A DNA stretch of 64,000 nt from the NCBI GenBank assembly GCA_030390025.1, contig CM059444.1:58900001-58964000 (forward strand), read 5' to 3'. Below are positions 37,702 through 50,734 of the stretch, piece after piece (the stretch's first letter is position 1; the number at the start of each line of letters is the position of its first letter). The stretch is from Squalus acanthias. Taxonomy: Eukaryota. The position numbers and the translations under genes are program-made. The notes below the pieces were generated by a model. That model had not been told where the DNA came from and did not search any database. It saw only the letters and a list, made by a program, of their open reading frames with translations.

Positions 37702-38157
37702 AGAGGCAGTGCAACAAAGGTTCACTAGATTTGATTCCTGGGATGAGAGGGTTGTCCTATGAGGAGAGATTGAGTAGAATGGGCCAATACTCTATACTGG
37801 GGGATTGACATGGTAGATGCGGAAAGGTTGTTTCCCCTGGCTGGAGAGTCTAGAACTAGGGGGCATAGTCTCAGGATGAGGGGGTCAGCCATTTAAGAAT
37901 GAGATGAGGAGGAATTTCTTCACTCAGAGGGTTGTGAATTTTTGGAATTCTCTATCCCAAAGGGCTGTGGATGCAGCATCGTTGAGTATATTCAAGACTG
38001 AGATAGATAGATTTTTGGACTCTAGGGGAATCAAGGGATATGGGGATCGGGCGGGAAAGTGGAGTTGAGGTCGAAGATCAGCCATGATCTTATTGAATGG
38101 CGGAGCAGGCTCGAGGGGCCGTATGGCCTACTCCTGCTCCTGATTCTTATGTTCTTT
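37702..38157 (+). mobile_element. CR1-type LINE 3' fragment (TTCTTATG-tail subfamily)
   Basis: ORF2 C-terminal similarity; same 3' UTR as 61617-61836. Confidence 0.85.
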
Positions 38158-40585
38158 TCATAGAATCAGGTTATCCGCTTTTCAGATAAAGTGATTACGC
38201 AATGAAAAAAAATCTTGCAAACCATCCACCTGCATTGCTCACCATACAATGAGCAATTCTTTCAGACAGAACATGTAGGGACTGGGTGAACAGCGCCCTG
38301 CCCCTTAATGGAGCACAACTGCATATGCCGCTACCGAACCTAGGCATGAGGGTTTATGGTTACAACATGCCCATACAGCGGTGTGCTCCCAGCCTCAGTT
38401 GTACCTCCATGTGGAAGGACCAACCAGATGTCAGGCACTTCCCACAGGGAGGGAGACTTCAAATTCAGCCACAAGCAACTGTTCTGCTCAGATCACAGCA
38501 ACATTAGCAAAAGCCTGGGGAGGAGGTTCTTAAGTCCCACTGGATGCTCGAGGTGAAGGAGAGGTACTCTTGCCCTCAAATGTATTAAAATAAAAATGTA
38601 CATATGCTCCTTAGGGCCTAGTGGGTGGAGCAATTTTTTGTGTAGCATTTATCACAAATAAGGTGGTGCTGTTTTGATTCCTGGCTAAGTTAATATATTT
38701 CAGCCATTGCTGGAAGTGTGCCTCTGTGGATGTTGGAGCAGCATTCTGCTGTGATGCTCCCCATGGTTTAAATCCTGTTGGCACTCACGGTCAAGCACCA
38801 AACATAAATAATGGCCACTTGGACAAGAGACCAGAAAGTGCCCATGGACCTGCACCCCAGCCAGGAATCAGCTTCTTCAGGAGAAGACAGATGGGGAGAA
38901 AGATAGCCAAAGGGGTTGAAAAAAAAACATAAAATAACTTGCTAATATCCATCGTCATAGGAAGTGTACATCATAGAGCTTCTAGTGCCCATGGACAATC
39001 GCCCAAGAGTCATCACATTCAAGAAATTTGAGGAGGTGGGTGGCGGGATAAATTAATACTCTGGCACCAGGATTCAAATACAACCCAGACGGGCCAAAAA
39101 TGGTATTTAACACACTCAGTTAGGCTCAATGGTCTTAAGTGAAATAATGAGTAAAAGCAACCCTAGTGTGCACAAATTACAGCCCGTGTGGAAAGCAGCA
39201 ACAGCAGGCAGACTATATAAGCAACCACCGAGAAGCAAACAAAGGAATCAAAATGGTTAAAAGTGACCACAGCCAGAGTATTACAGCATTCCTCAAAGTG
39301 AGATTCACAGTAATGGGCAGATACCATTTCACAGCAATAAATGCTCTGGATAACATGTACGTGACAAGCCGTCGGTCTAGATGCTGCAGTCAGGGATGCA
39401 CTAGCCAGGTTTTCAATTTAATTAGCAGTAAGGGGAAAGATCAGCTGTTAAAGCTTCAGAACAAAGCAGACCGCAAAAGGTTTGCTATGGCGCAACACAA
39501 TTTAGAGAGTGTAAACTTTTATGGACAAATGTTTTTAATTTAAAAAAGAGTACATTAGATAGCCATGTAGTTCACGGCCGGTTGAAATTACAATCTTTGG
39601 AGACACAAGCTTGTAATAGAAACATGCTGATATTAGGGAGCCAATGGTTCTGGAATACAAAAACAAACACTGGTCTATAAAAGGTCTCCTGACAAGTCCC
39701 AAAGGCGGTCATTAGACAGGATTTACTGTGCTGCCTCAGATTATCCCTACACTTGAACACTGCAAGATTTTCTTTTATACTTGATTGCTTTATATCTAAT
39801 TCACTACATTTGTAGGCTTATTATCAAAGATCTGAAGTGCACCAGGCAATCATATTCCCTGAAAAAATACAGCATTACCAAATACAGCAAGGAACATCAC
39901 ATTGAGGCTTTAAAGAACAAGATGCAATTTCCAATTTTAAATTGGTTTAGTGTCCACTGGATCACAATATATAAATCACAGAGCTTATTCTAACAGCTTT
40001 TATTTACCTACCCAGACAGCACTTGGAAACAAACAGCAAGTACTGGAAATAAACTGATCTATAATAATCTGGGAAAAAAAGCTTAACATTTTACATCACC
40101 ATTCCACTCCATTACTGAATCCAAATGTGCCTTCCTTTCACATTTCCAAAAGAGCCTCAAACTCAAAACAGTAACTTTTTTCTCTTTTCAAATGCTGGCT
40201 CACCCAATGTGTGTTTTCAGCATTCATTAATTTTCTCTTCAATCACAAGACAGGAATGTTTTGTTCGTATTAAGATATCAAATCAATTGTTTCTTCTGAG
40301 GTAGTGTGTTCAGTAAAATGATTCCTTCGCTGTCTGACGAATGCCTTCATGGTTAGCTTTTTTTACAACTTTCTATACTTGGGGAGTATTTATGGTAAAT
40401 TTTCTTTAAAGTCTTGCCTCGGGCACCATTCTCAAGGACAAGGTTAAGCAAGGCTTCAGGCCCACTCAACCACTTTCTGGGATGCACACTCCTAACTCAA
40501 CTTCCTCTTTCAAAACAGGCATTTTATTTCAGCTCCACATCTCCCTGGAGCAGGATTGGAAACTGAAACCCACCACGGTGACGAG

Positions 40586-40752
40586 CAATGTTCCCTATAA
40601 GCTGCGCGGCCTGTTTCTTTTAATGCGCAGCCCCTTTAAATTTCTGTGCATGGGCGGTATTTACAATGTAAAAGCCGGCGAGCAGGCTGCAGGTGAGCGG
40701 GATCTTTCAGATTACTGCGCGGCTATGCGCGCACAACTTAGTGGGAACACTG
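40586..40752. mobile_element. hAT-type MITE (CAATGTTCCC family)
   Basis: TIRs CAATGTTCCCTATAAG / CTTAGTGGGAACACTG; TSD GTGACGAG / GTGACCAG (7 of 8). Confidence 0.82.
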
Positions 40753-41620
40753 GTGACCAGAGAACAAACCCTACCTCGCCCTGCTATAACACCACAGATT
40801 AACAAGAGGCCATTCACCCCCAACACACCCAATTCCACCTCAACTTTTAAACCTTTCAAGCTGCGATGGTGGACAAATTGCGGATTTTGTGTCATTGTGA
40901 CATCCTCATTTGGATAACGTGATAAAGAAGGACCCTCCGTTGCCTCCCTCTCCCCAGGGTGAGAAACTGGACCAAAATAATGACATTCGGGATACTGTCA
41001 ATAAGAATATTTTTTGCACATTTTTAAATTTCCATTATGGGTAGGTAGAGATTTTTAAATCACCACTCATTGATAATATTCACTACCTGGTCATCACCAG
41101 GCTTCCCATTAAATAGCCTGACCAATAACTGATTAAAAACACAACACATGTGGGATAGATTTGTGGCTATGAAAATATTTTTATCCTTCACCCAAGCTAA
41201 GCCAAGGGCCAAGATAAGCACCAAGGCCTCTACCAATACTAGTCTGGAGCCAGCCAGTAACAGGTGGAAGAGTGGCCCAGGATGACTGGCCCTCCCCAAG
41301 GCAAAAAAAATAATTGTTTCCATTTGACAGCTCACTCTGGTATAAACAAGGTCAGGTACTTGTGGAATCTCAGGTATGAGCCCAAGTCCTGCCACCATGC
41401 TGCCAAAAGGAATGCCGTAACCAGCTGGCTGTGTACCGGGGGGTCGGATGAAGTTTCCAAAGACACATGTTGCTGCTAAATTTAAAAAGGCATTTTGGAC
41501 AGCAACCCATTTCAACTACACAGAAAAAACTCTTGCAACATCTGAAAGTTGCAGGCAGACATCAGGAAGAATGACGGCCATGATCCTCTTGTGTATTATA
41601 ACATCACGTCCTTGACTCAC

Positions 41621-41768
41621 CCACTCCGATGCCATCTTTCACCAGTACAGTACTATGCTGCTCCCAGCAACTGCGGCAGAACGGATGGTGGCAGGGCAAG
41701 GACAGCAAGTTCTCCTTCCGAACTGACTGCAGGCATACACCACAATGATGAGAAGAATGGATAAACGT
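41621..41768 (-). CDS. ARIH2: ARIH2 coding exon 4 (148 nt), RING1 first part
   Basis: TTCCCCAG|ACG...; encodes [49 protein letters not shown](G); donor G|GTGAGT; phase 0 to 1. Confidence 0.96.
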
Positions 41769-41891
41769 CTGGGGAAACAAATGAAATGCACAAACTGCGT
41801 TGAACACCAACACCACTTAACACCAACAGTGTTTTCCGTATCTTGAAACAGCTCATAAAGCTAAATCCAGCTGTACGCTACAAACACTTAC

Positions 41892-41955
41892 ATGTTTTGC
41901 TGTTTTCGGCTGAACTCTGGCTTCCACCAGAAGCTGAGTCGGGTTAGATTTGTGC
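41892..41955 (-). CDS. ARIH2: ARIH2 coding exon 3 (64 nt)
   Basis: TCTTTCAG|G CAC AAA...; encodes (R)HKSNPTQLLVEARVQPKTAKH; donor CAT|GTAAGT; phase 2 to 0. Confidence 0.95.
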
Positions 41956-42004
41956 CTGAAAGAAAGAGGATCAGACTCAAGTGGTTTCTTTGCCTATTTC
42001 ACAT

Positions 42005-42133
42005 ATCCTGTAAGCTGCGCTATGTTCTGCACAGTCTGTATCTTTGAATGCGTGGTCCCTTTAAATTTCTGCACATGCGCAATATTTACAATGTAAAAGC
42101 CAGTGAGCGGCCTGCACTTTAGTGGGAACACTG
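42005..42133. mobile_element. hAT-type MITE, degraded
   Basis: Internal match to 40586-40752; right TIR TTAGTGGGAACACTG. Confidence 0.65.
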
Positions 42134-42509
42134 ATGCTCAGTCAACTCTACCTAGAAAGTGGAGCAGCTGAGGCAAAGAGCATAGATGTATTTAAGGGGA
42201 AGCTAGATAAGTACATGAAGTGGAAAGGAATAGAAGGATATGCTGATGGGATTAGATGAAGAGGACTGGGAGGAGGCTCGTGTGGAGCATAAACACCAGC
42301 ACAGACCAGTTGGAACGAATGGACTGTTTCTAGGGTGTAAATTCTAGGTAACCTTCCTATAGCCATATTAGTTATGCAACTTGCAGACAGGATGACCTGA
42401 GCTGTGGATTCCCCAAGGGCTGCTACCTATAGGAGGCCACCTTGATACATGCGTAACAGGCCCTTCTGGTGTTACCTTCAAACACTGAGCAATTCCATGC
42501 GAGAACTAA

Positions 42510-42997
42510 TGCAGTGGATACGAAATTGGCTAAGTGACAGGAAACAGTGGTGAATGGTTGTTTTTCAGACTGGAGGAAGGTATACAGTGGTGTTCTCCAG
42601 GAGTCAGTATGAAGACCACTGCTTTTCTTGATATATATTAATGACTTGGACGTACAGGGTACAATTTCAAAATTTGCAGATGACACACAACTTGGAAGTA
42701 TAGTGAACAGTGAGGAGGAGAGTGATAGACTTCTAGAGGACTGACAGGCTGGTGGAATGGGCGGACACGTGCAGATGAAATTTAATGCAGAAAAGTGCGA
42801 AGTGATACATTTTGGTAGGAAGAACAAGGAGAGGCAATATAAACTAAAAGGTATGCATGAACAGAGACCTGGGGGTATATGTGCACAAATCATTGAAGGT
42901 GGCAGGACAAGTTGAGAAAGCAGTTAAAAAAGCATACAGGATCTTGGGCTTCATATACAGAGGCATTGAGTACAAAAGCAAGGAAGTTATGATGAAC
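42510..42997 (+). mobile_element. CR1-type LINE RT fragment truncated by L2
   Basis: Similar to 17146-17645; RDLGVYVHKSLKVAGQVEKAVKKAY. Confidence 0.85.
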
Positions 42998-44357
42998 AAC
43001 ATCAACAACTTGTATTTATATAGCACCTTTAACGTAGTAAAACTTCCCAAGGCGCTTCACAGGAGTATTAAGACAAAAAATTTGACACCGAGCCACGTAA
43101 GGAGGAATTAGGGCAGGTGATCAAAAGCTTGGTCAAAGAGGCAGGTTTTAAGGAGCATCTTAAAGGAGGAGAGAGGTTTAGGCAGGGAATTCCAGAGCTG
43201 AAGGCCTAGGCAACAGAAGGCACAGCTACCAAAGGTTGAGCGATTATAATCAGTGATGCTCAAGAGGGCAGAATTAGAGGAGCGCAGATATCTTGGGGGG
43301 TTGTGGGGCTGAAGGAGATTACAGAGATAGGGAGGGGGCGAGGCCATGGAGGGATTTGAAAACAAGAATGAGAATTATGAAATCGAGGCGCTGCTTAACC
43401 GGGAGCCAATGTAGGTCAGCGAGCACAGAGGTGATGGGTGAACAGGGCTTGGTGCGAGTTAGGACACGGGCAGCCGAGTTTTGGATGAACTCATTTACAC
43501 AGGGTAGAATGCGGGAGGCCAGCCAGGAGTGCCTTGGAATAGTCACGTCCAGAGGTAACAAAGGCATGGATGAGGGTTTCAGCAGCGGATGAGCTGAGGC
43601 AAGGGCGGAGACGGGCGATGTTACAGAGGTGGAAATAGGCAGTCTTAGTTATGCCGCGAATATGCGGTCGGAAACTCATTTCAGGGTCAAATATGACACC
43701 AAGGTTGTGAACTGTATGGTTCAGCCTCAGACAGATGTTAGGGAGAGTGATGAAGTCAGTGGTTAGAGAATGGAGTTTGTGGCGGGGAACGAAAACAATG
43801 GCTTCGGTCTTCCCAATATTTAATTGGAGAAAATTTCTGCTCATCTAGAACTGGATGTCGGACAAGCAGTCTGACAATTTAGAGACCGTGGAGGGGTTGA
43901 GAGAAGTGGTAGTGAGGTAGAGTTGGGTGTCGGCAGCATACATGTGGAAACCGACGCGGTGTTTCCGGATGATGTCGCCAGGGGCAGCATGTGAATCAGA
44001 AATAGGAGTGGGCCAAGGATAGATTCTTGGGGGACACCAGAGGTAACGATGCGGGAGTGGGAATCTGGTAACGATGCGGGAGTGGGAAGAGAAGTTGTTG
44101 CAGGTGATTCTCTGGCTACGATTAGATAGATAAGAATGGAACCAGGCGAGTGCAGTCCCACCCAGCTGGACGACAGTGGAGAGGTGTTGGAGAAGGATGC
44201 AGTGGTCACCCGTGTCAAAGGCTGCAGACAAGTCAAGAAGGGCGAGGAAGGATAGTTTACCTTTGTCACAGTCACAAAGTATGTCATTTGTGACTTTGAT
44301 GAGAGCCGTTTTGGTACTGTGGCAAGGGCGGAAACCTGATTGGAGGGATTCAAACAT
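42998..44357 (-). mobile_element. L2-type LINE, 5'-truncated (RT and C-terminus)
   Basis: QSGFRPCHSTKTALIKVTNDIL...LLDLSAAFDT...GVPQESILGPLLF...YAADTQLY; LQLNIGKTE; LHWLPVKQRLDF. Internal 22-bp tandem duplication at 44042-44088. Confidence 0.92.
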
Positions 44358-45210
44358 GGAATTGTTTTTTGTTCCCTTTTTACGAGTAAAAGCGAAACTA
44401 GCTGTCAGAGCGTAACAGATCAAATTCCAAACAGGTCCTCTAAACCAGAACTTTTGGTCGACAACAACCCGAACCACCCAGGACGCTGCTCTTAAAACCA
44501 GAGTGCAGTTGGCAGATACAAAAACTAGGAACGGTAGCAAGGTTCTACAGTGACCATTAAAGACTAACCTAGGCCAAACGGATGCATCACCATTACCTGT
44601 AGCAAGCAATAGGTCTCCTTGAACAGTCAAAATTCAAATCGGGAACAGCTTCTCAGGAAGTTTGAGGAGCTGAGGCTGAAATCGCCTCAAGAAAGGAACC
44701 GGCAAGGGCTTCACAGGCCGGACAAAGATCATCATAGGTCACGTCCTTGACAGCTATGTCCCATTCCAATGTGCTCTTCCCAACACTTCAAAGCTACAAT
44801 GTTCTCTACCTCCCGTTGTTTTCCCTTCCTTCTACAATCTACAAGGGTTGCTACCACCTGATCATCAGTGTTTGATTTATCCAACTTGGCTTTGTCCTCC
44901 AAAACGCGCCTTGACCCTTCACCTAGGTTTCTCAATTTATAAATAAAGTCTTCCTCTGCTCTGATATCCCCCTCGGGATAAAAAAAACCAGCTTGCACTA
45001 TAAAAAAAATCAGGAGCGCCAAAAAGTTTAGAAATTTACTGCACTGAGTCACTCGTACTGTAAATTAAACTTGCTACAGATAATAAACATTATGATCTAT
45101 TCCACTGTTTTAATATATATAAACGTTATTTCAGAGATGAGAATATAAACAGGCTGCAGTCAGGGGAGTTTATTTAAAGCCAAGTATTTTCAGCCAACAA
45201 ACCATGGGTT

Positions 45211-45215
<5 letters not shown>

Positions 45216-45262
<47 letters not shown>
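45216..45262 (+). repeat. (GA)n microsatellite
   Basis: About 23 perfect GA units; reads (UC)n in the pre-mRNA, about 70 nt downstream of the exon 2 donor. Confidence 0.95.
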
Positions 45263-45266
<4 letters not shown>

Positions 45267-45334
45267 GCTGCTATGCAAACATACCAGGCTGTACATACAA
45301 AGTAACCTCAGAACAGAGGAGGGATATTCCTTAC

Positions 45335-45402
45335 CTTTCTGAAATATCGGAGGATTTCCAATGGAAGTTAACTAAAATAAGCTTGGCTACAGATGGTTGA
45401 AC
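45335..45402 (-). CDS. ARIH2: ARIH2 coding exon 2 (68 nt)
   Basis: TTTTCAG|GTT CAA CCA...; encodes VQPSVAKLILVNFHWKSSDISE(R); donor AG|GTAAGG; phase 0 to 2. Too short for the ORF track. Confidence 0.95.
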
Positions 45403-48320
45403 CTGAAAATAAATAGAAGTGAATGAGGCACACCTGTAAATTTGATAGACTAGGTCACGAATAAATAAACTAACAAACCTTCAGATCTCCCATGTCCATA
45501 ATACGGATCGACTGGATGCCTAACTTGTATTAACATGCTTCCACTCTATATTGCAATGGTACGACAAGACATGGATACCATTAGCCCAAATGCAGCTCTT
45601 ACATTATCACTGCACAACCTGCACTACTTTTTAATATTTACCATGTAGAGCAACATGTAGTTTTTGGCCATTAATTAATTGCCAAAACTGGCTTCACATG
45701 GAGAGATAAAGGGGAGGGGAAGGGGGAGCTGCATGGCACAGCCATTTTGCAGATGCTCTTTGGAGCAGTTGCCCAAGTCCTAATTGAATCCAGGCTGATG
45801 CAAGGGTGTAAGGGTGCTGGGTGAAATATGCAGCAGCTAGCTGGCCCCTTCATTAAAGCAAAACAGCCATAAACTGACACTTGATTGTGGAATCTCAAAG
45901 AGGCCATGACAACCCGTGAGAGAAATACTTAGTGCTGTAGGAACCAGAAGGTTGGAGTTAGGGGCTTGTGAGGACAGGCCATCAGGAACTTTGCTCGGCA
46001 TCTAACATGTACTATGTCAAATCTGAAGAGTGCTTGAAGCTGCAAAATGGCAACATGTTCCATTCCATAGGACTAACACCCTCGCCTTAGTAAACACAAA
46101 ACTCAAAATACAAATTGAGAGACATGGCACAATACAATCGAATGTCCTTCCTTCACCTACTCTAGACAAAAACCAACAGTTGAAAATTGCAACGCTCTGT
46201 ACGCTAAGGAGACTGAGCCCAAAGATATTTTTTAATCAGCAGATTCATTTATTTGAAAGACAGTAGTCAGTGGAGACTGAACAGGAACGCAATGTGGGGA
46301 GATGAGAGTGACTGAAGAGTCATGCACACGACAGGAATACAGATTGCTCAGAACTGCAATATCTCCATCTCGCTTTTCAAATAAGCACATTAGCAACAGC
46401 TGCACTGTACAAAGATGTAATCTTTTCAGATTGGTTGAAAAAGTGAGGGCAGCCACCTTTATCTGGGCAACCCTGAAAATAAAGGCCTTTCATCAACGTT
46501 TCACAAGTTAGCAGATGCAACCTGCAATCAGGCTGATGTGTGTCCCAACTGATCTATTGAAGTCCAGCTGTAAAATAAAAACTAGGTCTGCTAAAAAAAA
46601 CTAATTTAAAAAAACACTGGAAACGCACAGCACGTTAGTTACCGTAACAAAGAGGTGCGGCAGGTTAATGTTTGGATGGAGGCCCTTTATCTAAAGAGTC
46701 AGTGCCCAAAAAGTCATCCTTATTATTTCTCCTGCAAATGCCGGTGGACTTGCTGTCCTTGTCCAGCACTTACTTAAAAAAAATCCACAAATGTTTCAAG
46801 CTGGTGGGGGATTTTATAACTGCAGCGTTTCATTTTTATGGCAAAAGGGACAAAAGTTACCTGCTGGCTGAAGACAACTTTGTACACACGCACAGGAAAA
46901 GACCTTCTGATCCATCCAGCCTGTCCCACACAATTGTGATACCTTGTGTATCACAGTATAGACACTCTCCACCCCACCCGAAACCATGTGATCTCCTGGG
47001 AGAGGCGGAAAACCAGATTAAAAACGCAGGCCAATTTGAGGAAACAAATCTGGAAAATTCTTCTTTGACCCCCCCCACCCGGCGATTGGAACTAGTCCCA
47101 GGACATCACTCCTTTATAAGCTTGCCTAGACTAGCTGTTCTCTTGCCAAATGCACAGTCACTTGCACTGCAACCAGAGTGAACACATCCTAAAAACACAA
47201 CTCTGATGTAATGGGCCTCCAAAGAAATGATCAGGCACAGCAAGCAGAGAAGGAATTAGCAGCAGCGTGCTAACTGCCAAGTCAGGAGATATTGACTTGT
47301 TGGGAAGTAATGACGCCAGACTAGTCAAAGAGTCCAATTACCAACACCACTTCATCTCTTCTCCCCCGCCTTCAAAACACTCCGAAAAATTCATCCCCAC
47401 TATTTTTGGTCTCGTGTCTCCCCATCTGACCCATTCCCCGATTCTGCGTTTATTTCTGCTCCTCCAAGTATTCAGATGTTCTTTCACATGAAAAATCTAG
47501 ATCAACTTAAATTAATTAGTCATAAATGCAAACACTAAGCGTACGTACATTATTGTAACACCCGTCACTGTGCCCACACGGGCATCATCTCCTCTGCTAC
47601 TGTGAAATGAACTCACTCCACTCTTTAAAAGGTTCCTGTACTGGTTTTAAAAAACTACATACGCCACTCTTGTAGCTTTATAGGACATATAAAAGTTACA
47701 GTGCAACTTATAAAAGTTCAATTTGCAGTAATTTGGTTTGTTAACATTACTTCTATGCAATTCTATAGACATACATTTTCAAACACTGATAAGGACAGGA
47801 GGCTCTTTCTAAAGAGCGAGAGAGTGGGACTAACTAGATTGCTCTTCGAAAGAGCAGACTCAATGGGCCGAATGGCCTCATTCTGTGCTGTACTATTCTA
47901 TGATTCTATCTAATCTTGCTGGGAATACCGCAAGTGCTTTAAGTATGTGTCATTTTGCCTCAGTTGATTGCACTGTTTCTGGAGTTAGAAGGTTTTGGGT
48001 TCAAGCCCCACTCTAGGACCTGAGCACATAATCTAGGCTAACACTTCAGTGCAGTACCACACTGTCAGAGGTACTGTCTTTCCGATGAGATGTTAATCTG
48101 AAGCTACATTTGTCTGCTCAGGTCGATATAAAAGAACCTATGTTTGAAAATGATTGGGTAATTCTCCCAGTATCCTGGTCAACATTCCTCCCTCAACCAT
48201 CACCAAAAACAGATTGTCAGGTTACTCGTTCATTTACTGTTTGCAGGATCTTGCTGTGCACAAATTGGCTGCCACATTTGTCTACACAACAGTGACTGCA
48301 CATCAACACAAGCTCACTGT

Positions 48321-49005
48321 GCCAGATTTTGCTGTAGCAGGGCATCTAACAGCATCTACCACTGGTTAGACTTGCCCTTGCATGTTTAGGTTTTTAATTT
48401 TTTTTGCATGGCAAGTTGGTGAAAGTGCGAGCTGATAACGTCGCAGCAATGGAAACAGGGCATCTGGGACCCGAGTGAACAGGGCAAGCAATTGTGAAAT
48501 TAACAAGAGTGGGTGAATTCAATGTCAATTCAGGTACAGAAAGAGAAATAAAGAGAGAGGGGGAAGAAAGATTGCATTGAGAGAGAAAGAAGAGAGACAG
48601 AAAGGAAAAGTTAAAATTTCCATCATTTAAAACCTGAAGGAACAGATTCCACATTTGTAAGAGTTAATTTTCAGTGCCAGAGATTGACAGTAATTAACAT
48701 TTATCATGTCATTAAAAGGGCACTTAGACTTGAAATGAATTGACAACCTCCTGTGGCGAGTTTAGTGCATACCTACCGTGTAAATACAGCAACTACTCGC
48801 CATTCAATGTATTTCAATGGTGAGGCAGGCAGCAAGACGGTGTTTTCGCCAAGCTAACGGCAGAGCGGCGCAACTCGGACAGCAAATTTTGGCTATCCAT
48901 GTTTAACTCTGCACCTGCCCCTCGCCTGAAGTTGCTGTACCACTTGCGCATAAATAATAGCAAGCGCCATAAGCCTCACCGTTATTTTGACAGCAGAATC
49001 TGGCC
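48321..49005. mobile_element. Non-autonomous TIR element inserted in the tail of a Deu-SINE
   Basis: Termini GCCAGATTTTGCTGT / ACAGCAGAATCTGGC; SINE sequence 47947-48318 resumes at about 49010. No clear TSD, so superfamily is not assigned. Confidence 0.65.
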
Positions 49006-49059
49006 ATTGTTGGAGCACTTTGAAACATCCTGAGGATGTGGTAAAGCATCATCGCTCAC

Positions 49060-49526
49060 TCAGCCAGTGGCTCAGTTGGTCGCACCCTCGCCTCTGAGTC
49101 AGAAGGTTGTGGGTCCAAGTCCCACTCCAGAGACTCGAGCACAAAAATCTAGGCTGACACTCTCCAGTGCAGTACTGAGGGAGTGCTGCACTGTCGGAGG
49201 TGCCATCTTTTGGATGAGACATTAAACCGAGGTCCCGTCTGCTCTCTCAGATGGACGTAAAAGATCCCGTGGCACTCTTTCAAAGAAAAGCAGAGGCATT
49301 ATCCTCAGTGTCCTGGCCAATATTTATCCCTCAATCAAAGTCACTAAAACAGATTACCTGGTCATTGTCACATTGCTGTTTGTGGGAGCTTGCTGTGTGC
49401 AAATTGGCTGCCGTGTTTCCTACATTACAACAGTGACTACACTTCAAAAAGTACTTCATTGGCTGTAAAGCACTTTGGGACATCCGGTGGTCGTGAAAGG
49501 TGCTGTATAAATGAAAGTCTTGTTTT
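49060..49526 (+). mobile_element. Deu-domain SINE, full length
   Basis: tRNA head, Deu core GTGCCATCTTTTGGATGAGACATTAAACCGAGGTCCCGTCTGCTCTCTCAGATGGACGTAAAAGATCCC, and tail. Confidence 0.88.
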
Positions 49527-50247
49527 TCCACATAAATGTATGCTCTTGTTTTTTTCTTCTACTAATCTATTGGTTTCACTTAACAAATCTGTACTGGGCA
49601 CGTTCGTTAGTGATTTCTGAAAGTATTTCCGCTTGCTACCTTTCTCATGCATGTGAAATGTTTACTAAAGGCTGAGTACATCTCCTATCATGGTTTTGCT
49701 CAATAGTTACTCAATAATAACTTTCAGAAAGAGTCACGTGCCTATAGAGCAAGTACCTGTGACTCTTAAATGAATTATACATGCAGTTAAAAAAAAAAAC
49801 TACAGTATGTTATGGGATCAACTGACAGACAACTCAAGCAATAGGGATTATAAAGAGATCAAGAGTGAAACTCTGGGGGGTTTATAAAATTTTGCAACGA
49901 CTGAGCTTCCCAAGAACTGAATCAAAGCACCACTGCTCACTGTTTAAGATCACACATGAAGAATAGCCACTTAAAGTGTCAGTCAGGGCGTTCAGTGGAG
50001 GGGGTGGGGGAGGGCGATAAAAAAACTTCTCTTTCCTCCCGAAAGACTTAAAACAAATACCACACAAACGCCAACAGCCTTGAAATATCTCATTCCATAC
50101 AGGATTGCCTTTTTTTTTAAATACAAGTGTACAGTTTGAGCTTGTTTGAGTTTTGCTTTGAGAATTTGTACTTTCGCCAGGTATTCCTGAGCCACTGCTA
50201 GTCGCACACAATTTTACGGCATTCTTTCAAGTTCTAGCACAAGAGAT

Positions 50248-50472
50248 AAAAAACAGAAAATGCTGGAAACACTCAGCAGGTCAGGCAGCATCTGTGGAGA
50301 GAGAAACAGTTATTCAGGTCGATGACCTTTTGTCAGAACTGAAAGGTCATCAACTTGAAACGGTAACTCTGTTTCTCTCTGCACAGATGCTGCCTGACCT
50401 GTTGAGGGGTATTTCCAACATTTTCTGTTCTTATTTCAGCTTTCCAGCATCTGCAGTATTTGGCTTTTGTTT
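50248..50472. mobile_element. Penelope pseudo-LTR-derived fold-back element
   Basis: Inverted arms of about 85 nt, same family as 8756-8975. Confidence 0.8.
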
Positions 50473-50734
50473 TATATCAACTGAGAGGTGCCTTGGTAGA
50501 TCAGAGTACTAATAGTGTCAGGACATAACTTTTATCTTTTATAAAAGATAAAAGTTATGAAGGAAATTTAAATTTATACTGGCCTGAAAGGATGGCATTT
50601 ATGCAGAAATTTATCATCCAGTTGCTTAAGCAGCTTGTGACCGGAAATCTAGCCAACAATCTACTTATTAAATTTAGGAACCATCGTCACACGCTTTAAA
50701 TCTGCATTAAGTTCTACAGAAATAAAATGGAGCT

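Noticed and set aside
41650-41660. Ser in EQHST where human ARIH2, as I recall it, has Cys
   Set aside because: Not one of the RING1 zinc ligands; all eight ligand positions are present across exons 4 and 5.
43845-44630. 261-aa ORF, the longest in the track
   Set aside because: Its C-terminal part is decayed L2 reverse transcriptase (YAAD instead of YADD, internal duplication) fused by chance to upstream sequence; not a host gene.
46400-46580. Two acceptor-like sites (TTTATTTTCAG, TTTTATTTTACAG) suggesting an extra exon
   Set aside because: No convincing donor nearby, and the ARIH2 frame is already complete between exons 1 and 2.
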